From the NCBI GenBank assembly GCA_047967505.1, contig CM106538.1: DNA of 64,000 bases; one strand, given 5' to 3'. The notes beneath the pieces are model-generated. The model was not told where the DNA came from and did not search any database. It worked only from the letters and a program-made list of their open reading frames with translations. The stretch is from Dipteris shenzhenensis. Its lineage: Eukaryota. Below, piece after piece: positions 38,630-51,343 of the stretch. A program made the position numbers and the translations under genes. The stretch's first letter is position 1, and the number at the start of each line of letters is the position of its first letter.

Positions 38630-41050
38630 TGTCATTTCTCTTCACAAAAGACATATCCACTTGCTTGGTAATTCATTATTGTATATCTTGCTGAAAATTT
38701 CAAGTTCTTTGAATTAGAATGTTTGCCAAAGGAATGCATATGTTTTCCTACTGATCAGTTAGGTACTAGTTCTAGCATTTGAGGGTAGACCGCCATTGAA
38801 GGGATTACCGGCAGTAGTGTCCCACAAGTTGAGACGTATCTCTTTAAGAGAAACCTAAAGACCACATCTCACCCGGGACCAATCAAGTGCATAGAATGCA
38901 GACGGACCCAACAACTCTTAAAGAGAATATTCTCAGTAGCCTTGGGTGTGGGCCTATTAACATGAAATAGTCCAAGAGATACAAGACAAGATGACAAACT
39001 GATAGGCCTAATAGGTTATGTAAGAAGGCCAACCAAACTCAAACTAACCCTAGACTGCCCCTTTGAATAGAGCTAATTGCTAGGAACCTAAGGGTAAATA
39101 TAGAAGTCAAATTGGAGTAGTATTGGTCACCTAAACTGAACTTTTAGTTAGACAAATAAAGAAATAAATAAAGAAAGAAAGTCTATTAACGTCCACTGGA
39201 GACCAAACGGTCTATGGGACAGCAAGAAACCCTCTAGTACATCTGCTTTAGGGAGGGCACATGGCAGCTCCCAAGGAGTGCAAAAGCGACCCCAATTTAT
39301 TTAGAGTACCGACATAATAGTCTGAAAGAGTAATCAGCCATACATCAGTTTAAGATTGAGAGTCTTTTGGTTTTGATTTAAACTCTCTGATTAGGGCTAC
39401 GTCTTCACGGTAAACTGCCCATTTTCCATCCTTTCTGGCAGCCCTGACTTTAGTTAATTCAATTGCCTTATTCTTGAGTTGAGCTTGTGTAAGCTCCTCA
39501 GCTATCGATACTTTGGTACCCTCCAGCTTGTAAGATTGTCGAAGAACCTTGATCCACATATCTTTTGACTTCAGTGTAAGGATTGCTTCTACCATATTAG
39601 CGGACATGCAAATTTCACCTTGTGAAGTTTTCGTCCAAGTTGCGGCCTGCTGGTATTGCGATAATTCTTTCTATCTTGAATGGTGCATTGCCCTATCAGC
39701 TAGATTTAGATTTAGATGCTCGTTTGGGAGAGACTAAAATGAAATCGTTGACTTCACAAGCAGTTGTAGCTTGAATGAAGAGATTTGGACTACTTTTTGA
39801 TTAGCCTTCTCCTTTAGTGCTAGCCTTCGTCATGGCTGAGTTTGCCCTTCACCTCCAGAGTGCCGACAGAAACTCAGTATGAAGACTTTGTATAAATGGA
39901 TGCTCAAGTATGTGTGGGTGTGTGGATTTGTATGTGTGAGAGCATACTTTTATACTATGGTCTACACCCACTGTTGGGTGTTGATGACATCAGTGGGGAT
40001 GTCATAGTAGCTAGTCCCTGCTATGCGTGATGGAGTTTATGGTTTTCAATCTTATGAGTGACTCTCATGAGATTGAAACCGCACTATGTTGTGTTTTTAG
40101 AGGATGAGTTTGGGAATGTTCCTGGATTCATCTAGGTATATATAAGGATTGCATGACCTTTATAGTGCGTAATAGAAGATGGCCTGGAGTCATCATCATC
40201 CTATTCATCATCATTCATCCATTCAATGTTGGGCAAGCATGCTTTGATCTTTGTCAATTTCACTATAAGTGTCCTCCTCTTGTACCAATCTTTTGGGAGT
40301 CCCCCTATTTTAATCTTCAATGCATTATTACATCTAGCTTTGTCTTCTTTAATATCTGCTTGAATATTAGACTTACTTGCTTTGGTATCCACTTCCACAA
40401 TCACTTCCTTCTTAGCAGCTTGTACTTCAATGTGAACAAGCTCTTTGATCGTAGAGACTAGCTGCGGGGTAGGGGGGGAATTCTTACAAGATTTTACAGC
40501 CTCATCAATTACTGCCTGCTTACCAGGCCCTTCCAGAATGTGATGTTGAGCCTTTACTTCTGCCAGTTCCAATCGTAGCTCTCTCACTGCTTGCTACAGA
40601 TAAAAAGTCTGATCCCGTTGCCCAAGGATGGGTCGTTTTGAGCCTTCTTGTTGGTAATTGCATGCATATGAAGAGGGTGTCATGGCTGCTACTATAGAGT
40701 ACGAGTCTTGATGGAGGTTGAAGGAGTTGAGGGGGACTTGGAGGAGACAGTAGACCAGTCCATAATTGGCTATTTGTAGAACCCCCTAGCTGAACCTAAC
40801 CCTCAGGTTGGGTTGGGGGTTTATCCCAACTCGGGGTTAGGGTTATTTTGCTTTTTTGAAGAAACTAGAGGGGGGGGTGGGGGGGTTTGTTGTTGATGAT
40901 GAGACTGGGGGCCTGGCAGCCACTAGCTGTTGGGGCATGTTGGCTGCTGGCTGTGTACAGGCTAGAGGCTACATGACGGGCAGATAGAGAGAGGTGACGG
41001 GGCAAAGACGGACGACAGCTAACTGATAGAGCTGAGCAATGGGTTAACGG
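38630..41050 (-). mobile_element. LINE ORF1-like element, copy A (coiled coil-RRM-CTD type ORF1; no ORF2 seen)
   Basis: ELRLELAEVK coiled coil; EDKARCNNALKIKIGGLP; KLEGTKVSIAEELT...RAARKDGKWAVYRE; homologous to 58250-59890. Confidence 0.65.
39587..40142 (+). mobile_element. 556-bp insertion with a 10-bp target-site duplication splitting ORF1 of copy A
   Basis: TAAGGATTGC at 39577-39586 and 40143-40152; the segment is absent at the equivalent position of copy B (~58880). Confidence 0.85.
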
Positions 41051-42051
41051 ACGATGAGCTAACCTTAGTCCATGATTTTAAATAACCTTAGTCAACGATT
41101 TTAGCATCCTAACGTGGCATGCTAATGTGGCATGATTACATGGCATACTGACGTGGCAGCCTTGACATGTGGCATGGACTTATGGAAGCCCATTAGACAC
41201 ATGGCAGCCTGTGGGGACATGTGGTGGAGGACCATGGATGAACCATGGCACCACTTGGAACTCCAGCCCCCATGCAGTCCACCACTTGTCACACAGGAAG
41301 CGTAGCCCCCATGCAGCCCACCAAATTTCAAGGGAGTCAGCCCCCATGCCTAATTGGGCGCACTCTCCCACGTTTTTGAAGCTGCCTCCTTCTAAATCTG
41401 TAAAAGAAACACGCCCCACCCTCATTTGCACATAGTTTTCTCCGCCTCTTGCTTGTGCATACTCCCTGCAGCCTCTCCTCCTACAGCAGCTCCCGCTCCC
41501 ACAGCAGCTCCTCCTGCCTCTATAGTTCCTCCCTCACGTAGTCCAGAAGCAGCTTCTCCTGCAGTAGCAGCAGCAGCCTCTTTTCTGCTCCTTCATCTAC
41601 AGCAGCTCCTCTTGCTCCTTCTGCAACAGCAGCAGCCCCTTCTTTTCCTGTGTAAGCATTTTCCCTCAAGATTGGAGAGCCCTTGGAGCCTTCAATACCT
41701 TAGCAAGGCTATCTATTGAGACACTATTGTGTATATAGACTTACTGCTTAGCCTTGAGCTTCATTTTCATGTCTTGTACACAGGTCTGGCTATAGTCTAA
41801 GTCCTTTCGCATCGTTCTGCTCCTGCGAGCCCTCCTCCCTCCTTCCGTAGCCTCTACCTCCCTACCCTCCTCCGCCTCACTCCCTCGCCCTCGCCCCCCC
41901 TCGCCCTCGCCTTACCTCCCTCGCCCTCGCCTCACACCCCTCGCCCCTCGCCTCGCCCCGCCACCACGCCCTCTCCATCCCTCGTCTATCTCCCCCCCTT
42001 TTTGGTGGCAGCCTCTTCTTCATCGGAGGTCTCGCAGTTTGTCTTGGCGGT

Positions 42052-44108
42052 ATGGCGGCTCCTTGCCCGGAACCGGAGGCCCAGCCGGACCCTCCCTCTC
42101 CAGATGCCTACCGCGTGATCTTGACAGAGCAACAGTCGTCTCGGGTACAACAGGTTGCCAATGACTTTGCCCTCACTTCCATCTATGGCAGAGTCATTGG
42201 ACACTCTCCCTCCAGACCAGCCATCAGGGACTGCTGGCTCCAGTCCACTCTTATGCTAGAGGACAGCCACATCGAGGAGGTGGCCCTTATGGGAAGGGGC
42301 ATCTTCTGGCTTAAACTCTCCACTGCGAAAGCTGCGAGCAACCTGATTGATGGTTCCCCCACATCTGTGGATGGAAAGATCATCATGATAGTCCCTTGGT
42401 ACCAAGGATTTAGCGCAGCGGACTTTGATGCTCGTTTCCGCATACCTCGCCACCCAGTGACGCTAGTTTTTCCAAGCCTTGCTGCTGAGTTGCGGCCGAT
42501 AGTTAGGGACCTGGGTTCCCACTTTGGCTGGGTGATGCATGACACTTTCGTCGACGCGGTTACTGCGGCAGGAGCTCCCAGAGTCCGTGTGGCTGTGGCA
42601 GACCCTGCGTCCCTCCCTGCAGTGATTGAGATCGTGACAGATGCTGGCAGCATTACTCAGAGCATGGTAGTCACAGGACAGCCAGGCCAGTGCCTGAGGT
42701 GTCACGGCTTTGGGCACCTGGCTGCTGCTTGTCCACGCTTCTCTAGCTCCTCTCGGCCCCCCCGCCCCCCCCCCTCAGCCCCCTCCCCCTCCCTCCGGGC
42801 AGCCACGTCAAGAAGAGCAGAGGCAGTCGGAGTCCGGTCCAGAGGTGGCTGGCGGCTGGACCGAGGTCAGAAGGAAAAGAGGAAAGAATAAGAAGACTTC
42901 TGACAAAGGCAAGGAGGCAGAGGTTACCCAACCTGCAACAGCGCCTCAGAGACCTGACAGGCAGCCGCCCCAAGGTCCTGGGAGAGCTTCTTCTTCGTCT
43001 GTAGTCCGCCCTCCGCAGCCTCAGGTCCCCCTCTCTTCCGATCCCCAACTCCCTTCCACTCAGCCCCAGCCCCAGCCCCTACCCCAGCCGCAGCCCCCTC
43101 TTCCCGACCCGTAGCATCAGCCCCCGCCTCTTCCTCTTCAGCCCCCTCCTCTTCCTCTTCAGCCCCAGTCCCAGCTCCAGCCCCATCCCCCCTCCCCCGC
43201 CCCTCTCAGCTCTTCTGTAGTGTCAGCTGCACCGGTGGTTCCTCAGCCGCGGGCAGCCCCCACTCCCCCTCCTCTGCCCCCCCCCGCTAGTCGCTTCCGT
43301 GGAGTCTAAGTTGCCTACCCCTCAGCCTCCTTCCCCTTCCCCACCCCAGGCAGGGCATCCCGAGTCTGCACCACCCCTGGAGCAGTCTTCCCTGTCTGCT
43401 AGCCCGACCCCCTCAGTTGCAGACTCTGGCGGGCCTCAGCTCCAAGAGAGAGAGCTTCCTCGCGACTTCTACAGATCTGGTCCCTGGGATTACTTGGATG
43501 TGGTCAACCTCGGGACCTTCCCTGCTTGCCTCGACATCAGTATTTTCCTGCTCCGTAAAGGGGCGGATGGGAAGATCGCAGGCTTGGCCCCGAGGGATGG
43601 CCCCAGCTTTGCTTTCACCTTTCTCAGCGACGGCACCGAGACTTGGACAGACGACTCGGTCTGGGAGGCTCTCAGAGAGCAGACGCACGCTCAGATTTGC
43701 TCCTGGATAGGCCCGTCGGGTGGACAGCTTCTTGAGACTCAGTGGTTCGAGGGTGACGTGCGCCTGCGGTGGCGTTGCGCCGCCAAGTGTTTCAGATTGA
43801 TTGTGATTCTCAGGCCCCCTCTGTCGTGGCCCCTTCCCCAGGAGGTCAGAGCCTGGACTCCTCAGAAACTTCACGCCTTCTACGGGATGACTACCTCAAA
43901 GATCTCGAGTTGGCTCGAGAAAGCGTTTGTCCATGGCACCAAAGGCCTCACGCCTTTGCTAAAAGTTATGAAGAACGGGCAGGATGACCCCGCCTCCCCC
44001 TCCAAACCCTCACAAAAGCATCAGCACCTTCATTCCGAAATTTCAGCCTCTTCATCGACCTCAGCCGCGAACAGACAGTTGTTCGCAGCCTATGAGTCCT
44101 CATCATGA
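42052..44108 (+). pseudogene. LINE ORF1 (DUF4283/RRM-like region, CCHC knuckle, Pro-rich linker, extra C-terminal domain), frameshifted
   Basis: MGRGIFWLKL...IMIVPW; CLRCHGFGHLAAAC; GGWTEVRRKRGK; frame breaks in C-homopolymers (~42760) and near 43114-43300. Confidence 0.85.
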
Positions 44109-47100
44109 GCTTACACCTTGTCTCCTGGAACGTGAACGGGTTCCATTCTTCTGGCACCCGTGGTCCTAGGAAGCTCATCTTGAGACAGGAACTTCAGCCA
44201 GCAGTGATTGGTCGCTTGGATATACTCCTGCTCCATGAGCATAAGCTTTCAGTGGCTCATTCCCGTAGCTGCGGGAAGATCCTCCCTAGACGCTCTCACA
44301 CTTATTGGGAGCCCTCGATCGTTGCACAGGGGAGGAGTGGCGGTGTCTATACTTCCGTTTGCGAGTCGTTTGCCCAGGGAGTTTTTGGTCATGGTACGTT
44401 GATCCCAGGCCGTGCACTTTGGGTTGGCCTAGAGTTGGAGGGCTCCAAAATAGGAATCCTCAACATCTATGCACCCACAGACCTCCGATGCAGAGCCACT
44501 TTCTGGAGGACAATCACAGAGATTCTCCCAGACATGGATTCGTGGATTGTTGGAGGTGACTTCAACAATCTGGAGACTTTGGAGGACCAGCAAGGCAGAG
44601 GACCAGAGTTTACAGGTATAGCTCAGGCAGAGCAGTCCGCTTGGGACTCCTTTATCTTCGCGATAGGAGGTAGGGACAGCTGGAGAGACCCGTCCTTCCG
44701 CCGATGGTACGGGAGCTTGGACTTCTCATGGGGCTTCCGCAGGGAAGGAGGCAGACTCCTAGAGAGACTGGACAGATTTTATGTCAGTGATTGGGCCATC
44801 AGCAGAGGTGGTCAGGTGGGTATAGTGCCAAGGATGACACTCTCCGCGCGCCAGTGCTCTTATCACTAGACTCGGCAGCTCAGTCCCTTCCTCCCCGTTC
44901 GTGCAGGATTCCTGATTCCATCTTCTCTAGGGAGGAGGTGCGCAGTAGTATCGGCAGCCTTTGGGACAGAGATTGGGGCGAGTGCGTGGATCTGGTAGAG
45001 TCGGTGGTGCAGGCTTTGCAGGAGTCCAGCCAGATTTGCCAGCTCGCAGCCCTTCAGGTTCGTCAGGAGTGGTGGGGCAGAGAGAGAGCTCTTCGTAGGG
45101 ACCTCGCCTCCATTCAGCGACTCCAACAGGCAGCTCCAGGCTCGGAGGAGCTGCGGATCCAGGCCCTTCGAGCTAGAGCCCTTCTTGAGGAGACTCTCCA
45201 GCGTCGCTCAGAGTTTTCTTATCACGCCTCCCTCTCCTACTGGGCTCGGAAGGGCAACCGGATGAGCAAAGAGTTCTTTAGGACGCATGGCCAGAGAGCA
45301 GCACAGGTGATCAGCTCCGGAGTCTTAGGACAGCGGAGGGGCACATCGTTACTGATCCGGGTGAGGTCTTGGGGTTGGCTACCGACTTCTACAGGACTCT
45401 TTTCCAGTAGGAGCACCTTGCCCCTCGTACTCGACGTGCCCGCGAGGAGGTGTGGAGGCACATTCCAGCCCTTTTTCAGCCCAGCATGCAGGCGACGTTG
45501 ATGGCACCGTTCACTACTGACGAGATGCTGGAGGCCTTGATGGCCATTGATGGGCAGAAATGCCCTGGCGAGGATGGGCTCTCTCGCGCTTTCTTCACCT
45601 CCTTCTGGGATCAGATCCATCAGCCCCTCCTAGCAGCCCTTCAGAGGATTTTCAGCAGCGGATATATGCCAGAGAGCCTCTCCTGGGGACTAATTTGCCT
45701 CATCCTGAAGGGAGGAGATCGACAGGAGATCCGTCAGTGGCGCCCGATCACTCTCCTCACCATTGCCTACAAAATCCTAGCCAAAATGATCAGCGCCAGA
45801 GTTCAGCCTCTACTTCCTGACCTCATTCATGACACTCAGACAGGCTTTGTCCAGGATCGCAGTATCCTGGATAATGTCTTCACCTTCTCAGAGGTGACGG
45901 AGTGGGCTCAGCACAGTGGGTCACACTTAGCCATCCTACTTCTCGACTTTGAGAAGGCCTACGATCGAGTGGACTGGTCCTTCCTGGAGGGTACTCTGGA
46001 GAGACTAGGATTCTCAGTAGGATGGATTCAGGGTATTTCAGCGTTATACAGGACAGCTTCCAGCAGCGTCATCATCGGCGGCAAGATGGGAGAGCGATTT
46101 CGTTTGGAGAGATCAGTGCGTCAGGGTTGCCCCCTCGCTCCTTACCTGTTTCTCTTCTTCGCCGAGGCCATGACATACTACCTTCGCGCAAGGTCGACCG
46201 GGATCCGGGGTGTTCGTCTTCCTGGACTCGGAGTATGCAGATGACACAGCGCTGTACGTTCAGGATGATGAGATGATGCTGGAGAGGGTGAGGCTGGCCT
46301 TAGAGGTCTTCTGCTCGGCAGCCGGTGCGAAAATCAACTGGAACAAATCAGTTGGTTTTCTCACAAACCCTGGGGCATGCTCACAGTGGGGGAGGTTTTT
46401 GGGTTTCAGATAGATCCCGCGGGGGCAAACAGCTAGATATCTCGGCTTTCAGGTCGGCCTGGACATCACGCCAGCTCAACAGTTTCTCTCGGTGCTAGAT
46501 TCCATTCGATGGAAGCTGGCTTTCTGGAGCACTGCTAAGCTCTCTCTTGCAGGTCGTGCTCTTGTAGTCAACCAAGTTCTCCTGGCCACGGCCAGGTATG
46601 TGGCCTCTTGTTGGTGCTTCTCGAGATCCAGCGTGGCACAGCTCAGGAGGATGGTCCGGAATTTCCTGTGGTCTGGGGGGGATGGTCTCAGAGATACCAG
46701 AGCTAGGGTAGCCTGGCAGACAGTCATTCTTCCGCAGGCTGAGGGTGGCTTGGGGGTCATTGATCCTGAGCTTCAGACTCAGGCCCTGCTGGGCAAGTTA
46801 GTTATCCGCGGATTGACCCCGGGGGGGCAAACGTGGAAGATGTTACTTCAGCAGGGGATCAGTTCTTGCATCCCGCGCCGAGGTGGAGAGTGGCTACCGT
46901 CCCTCCGGTGGATCTTCACCTCTGCACCGCTTACTCACCCCCGCTCCCCGCTCATTCGTAGCCTTCTCATGGTTTGGAGGCGACTCCGACTCAGTCTCCT
47001 CCAGTCCCCTCCTAGCAGTCAGGAGAAGATCGATCGCCAGCCGCTCATCTGGAACGATCAGGTCAGAGATACCTTGGGCCTTCAGCTGGGGGAGAGGTCA

Positions 47101-48414
47101 CATATCCTGTGGGATGGTTGGATGCAGGAGCCAGCCCAGTCCCTTCGAGTTTGGAGGGACACTTACAGACACTTGGAGACCGTTGCTCTAGCAGCCGCAG
47201 CTGGAGGTGTCCGTGGAGCTCAGGCCAGACGCACAGAAATAGATGGAGCGATTCCTACTGGTTGGTTGGTTCCACCCGAGATTCAGATCCTCATGCCTGG
47301 TGATGACCGTTGGCTTGGACAGTTCACCCCCCGTGGCATCCCACTGGTGGTTGCAGGCCGGATGGACGACACCTCTGTTTCCTTCTTCGCGGTTTTGGGG
47401 GACGGCCGACTCAGGAGAGAGGGTGTGCTCATCGACCCCCTTCTCTCATGGCAGAGGGTTCGGGTCGTAGGCCTCGTGGGGAAGGTTTGGCGGATCGATC
47501 CTAGTATAGAGCAGGATCAGCTGCAGTTATGGCGACTCTGGCTTTGGGAGGGGCGGGCCCTGTCAGAGCTTGATTGGGACCCAGGTGAGTGGAGATGGCC
47601 AGAGGTTGTGGCAGGCCAGGGGCCGACCCCTTTCTTCGCTTACAGCACGACATTGGGCAGGAGAGTTCTCGGGAGGATGCAGAGCCACCCGCCCACCCAA
47701 CGGCCGAGTTGGTATGCTCAGGGTATCTCCAGGCTATTTTTGCAGGCCTTCTGGAAGGCCTTGTGGGAGAGCTGGCGGCCGCGGAAGATATCCTACTTCC
47801 TTTGGCTACTCGCCCACAAGGGTCTTCAAGTGGGGAGCTGGTTGCGGCAGATTGGTCAGGATGGACTTTGTCAGATTTGTCATGAGGACGAGGAGTCACC
47901 AAAACACTGCCTGTGGAGCTGCACTCGCGCCCAGGAAGTGTGGAGGTGGACCTTCGGGATCCTTACTCGTGCAGCACCGGAGCTAGGTTTGATCACCTGG
48001 GGCGCGTTCTGCTGGTGCAGCACCACACCTGGCTTTCATCAGTTGTTCGAGGCAGGCCCGCAGGACCCCATGTTCCTTATCACACAGGGGACTTGGGGGC
48101 CGCTTGAGGGCATCCTGCCGCACCTGGCAGAGGCGGACACAGGATCTCAGGAGAGGCAACCAGTCTGGGAGATTATTACCAGCATCGCTGGATGGCACAT
48201 TTGGACCTCGCGCTGCGCGCAGATCCTCGGTGGTATCTCTCTTTCGACTGCCCAGGTCATGGCCGACATCTGGAGTGAGATTATACACACACTCAGAGGC
48301 CAGTGGGACCAGATACAGGGAGATTCCCGGGCTGGCCGGGAGAAGCGGAGACGTTTCCTCCGAGATTGGGATATGCAGGGCCTCTTCTTCGAGCATACTT
48401 CTCAGGGCCTTTAG
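44105..48414 (+). pseudogene. LINE ORF2 (APE endonuclease, RT, zf-RVT), with a few frameshifts and stops
   Basis: VSWNVNG, NIYAP, GGDFN, RLDRFY; KCPGEDG, WRPITLL, LDFEKAYDRV, RQGCPLAP, EYADD; CQICHEDEESPKHCLWSC, WHIWTSRC. Confidence 0.96.
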
Positions 48415-50995
48415 TGGCGCTATTCACCACCTCTCTGGCTGCTTATTCACACCGCCTGGTCCCTCCGTGAGAGAGAGCTTTTTGTTTCCATTTAGGGCTG
48501 CGTCCGATTTGTGAACGCAGCCCCGTCAGCTGCAAAACTGACCTCATGTATCTTGTTTTTTTGAAGTAATATAATCAGCACTGTTTTTTCGGCAAAAAAA
48601 TAGTTGAAGTCCTTTCAGTTTGGTCTCAAGTTTGGAAGGTGTTGATAAGATTTACTTCAACACCTTGATCTTGTATCTCGTTGTAATAAAGAGCCTGGAT
48701 AAGGGGGGGAAGGGCGTCTTGGCCCCTTAATCATGTGCTCATTCTTTCTCAAGCAGTATTATACATGTCACTTTTCAGCTTGCAAATATATGCAAAGCAA
48801 TCTTTCCCTTCACCTTTAGAGAGCACTGAGAGGTTTCATTGGTATTAGAGCTCCCCAAATCTCGGTGCCCCCTTGTTGAGATCAGCTCTCTTTCTCTTCT
48901 CATTGAGTCAACCAGCGATCATGGCTAGTCATGGTCCCCATTTATCTCCCAGTCTCAATGAGTTAAGTAACCTTCTGACCAGTATAGGCTAGCAAATTCA
49001 TGTTCATGAAGATAACCATGTTGATTCCCATGAACCAGGGCCTCAATCTGAAGGAAGATGCCGTGCAGACGATCAAGATTTTGTAAGGGTAAGTCACCTA
49101 GTGTCTCTCCATCAAGAGGAAAAAACGACATTGCGGCCCATCATCTTTGAGGCATAAGAGGAAGAGAAGACCAGCTGAGCCAAGGATCAAGCTTGGAGAC
49201 AAGTTGTTCAAGTTCAACAAATACAAAGGGAAAGATCAGCCCGAAGTTCTGCTAGCATGGATACAAGATCTTGACTCTACTGTGATGGAGATATGAAGAA
49301 AAAGCCAAGATCTGATTTGCCACTAAAGATTGAGAACAAGATACTCTTTTCCGAAAAGCGCAATCCAAAGAAAAATGGGCTTCCAAAAAGAATTCAAGAA
49401 GAATCAAGGAGCATCCAATGGACTATATTTCTTGAAGCAACCTCTCTTGAGAGAGAGGCACATGAGATGGTCTATTTTTCTGCAATCTTTTCATTTCCAA
49501 ATCCAGTACACTCCTGGAAAAGAAAATATAGTGGCTGATGCACTTTCTCATATGCCAAGAATTCAGCATATCTCAGTTATATATCATGACGAGTTGACAG
49601 CTCTTAAGGACATGTATGCTAGAGATGCTGAATTCTCTCAAGTATGGGCACATTTGATGACCGGAAGCACTCACCATGCTTACTACATCAATGATGGATA
49701 CTTGTATATCCAAGAGACACTATGTATTGCCAAAGAACTCCGACCAAAGGTTTTAGAGGAAAACCTTAATCCACCATATGCTGGTCATAGAGCCATCGTA
49801 CCTACATTCATAGCCCTAGATAGACTCTTCTATTGGCCGAACATGAAGAAAGACACTATTGCTTACATTTCAAGATGTATATCATGTCAAAAAGCAAAAT
49901 ATGATAAAGGAAAACCCAAAGGGCTATTTGAGTTTTTGCCTATATCACCATGGACTTCATTACTAGAATCCCCAACTAATCAAGGACATGACATGACTTG
50001 GACCGTAGTGGACAGGTTTAGTATACAAACTCATTTCATTCCATGTCAGAAACAACTAAAGGCTTTTGAAGTTGCACACCTATTCATTACATATATCTTC
50101 AAACATCATGGGATGCCTAAATCTATAGTTTCTGATAGAGATGTTAAATTCACTGGTAATTTTTGGCAAGCATCTTTTGAAAACCTTGGAACCATTCTAA
50201 GTTTTTCTTCAATATTCTATCCTCAAACTATGGCCAAAGTGAAATTACTAATAGCACCCTATTGGATCTACTCAAAATCTATGTACATGACCAGCATACC
50301 ATGTGGGAAAAGTATCTCCATATAGTTGAGTTTGCTTGCAATAATACCCTACACTCTTCTACGGGAAAGACTCCTTTTCAAATCATCTACGGTAGATCCC
50401 TACCAACTCCATTAATGCAAACACGGATAAGATCTTTTCCATTGATCAATTTGTAGAGGATTATCACTCTACTTATGCTACAGTTTGCATAACCATCACC
50501 AAAAGGCTCAAGAAAAACTAAGGGCAGTTGCAAATAAAAGACGGAGGGCCTTTGAGGTCAAGGAAGGGCGATGGGTTTTACTAAAGTTTGAAAAATCCAA
50601 GCTGAAACCCAAGGTGGGACAAAAGAAGATCTATTTAAAGCTCTTTTTCATGTATCATGGCCCTTTTAGAGTATTGGAGGTTATTAATCAAGTCTCAGTT
50701 GGCTCGATCTACCATCACATTGGAAGATACGCAGCGTCTTCCATGTCAGTTTGATCAAACCCCATGTTGGAGATATTCCTCATGAGTTGGGATATGAAGA
50801 TCCACTAGAAGTGGAGGATAATGAGGTGCTTTTGGTTCTAGAATAGATAATCTTTCACAACTTCATCACAGGAAGACAAGGAAAAGTTACAAAAAAGTGT
50901 CTCTTGAAGTTCAAGGGATTTTTGTCGATAGATGCTAGATGGATATTTTCCTTTAAGAATGAAGCCTGTTAGTTGAAAGATTGGAGGTGCATGAT

Positions 50996-51266
50996 TGTAG
51001 AGGAGGGGGAACGGGGAAGGAGAAGAAGGCCACGGAGGGCAGGGTGAGAATGAGTGGAAAAGGGGGGAAGAGGGTAGAGTGAACTAGGTAGGGGAAGTGC
51101 ACAGGAGAGGAGGAGCAGAAGTGATGTAGATTCGATGTCAAATCAATACGTACCTTACAAATCTTTTGGGGTTGACTTATATAGTCCCCCTCATTCCCCA
51201 CAATTCCCTTCCTATTTTCCCACCTATTTCCCACATAAAACCCGTCCTTTTCCCACCTTCATTACA
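50996..51266 (-). repeat. 3' LTR (271 bp)
   Basis: TGTA...TACA termini; one substitution relative to the 5' LTR. Confidence 0.98.
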
Positions 51267-51343
51267 GCCATCCCTTCCCAAAGAATTTTGCCCTCAAAAT
51301 TTCCATGAGGCTGCCTAAAATGGAAGAATACAGCAGAACCCGA

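Larger units (their letters stand above)
41809..48600 (+). mobile_element. Full-length L1/Tx1-type LINE with poly(A) tail and TSD
   Basis: TSD tagtctaagtcctttc 41793-41808 vs tagttgaagtcctttc 48601-48616; C-rich 5' UTR; ORF1 and ORF2; A7 tail at 48594-48600. Confidence 0.95.
41072..50950 (+). mobile_element. Older, internally deleted Ty3 chromovirus: 5' LTR (split by a LINE), PBS, gag stub, RNase H end, integrase, chromodomain
   Basis: LTR ends TTTCA at 48838 followed by PBS TGGTATTAGAGC 48840-48851; KYKGKDQPEVLLAWIQDL; IQYTPGKENIVADALS; PPYAGH; VVDRFS; HGMPKSIVSDRD; YHGPFRV. LTR start approximate; no 3' LTR seen. Confidence 0.8.

Noticed and set aside
40041-40080. Possible hammerhead ribozyme (CTTATGAG...GAAAC)
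   Set aside because: Core is not CUGAUGA, stems I and III could not be built, and a simple hairpin explains the sequence better
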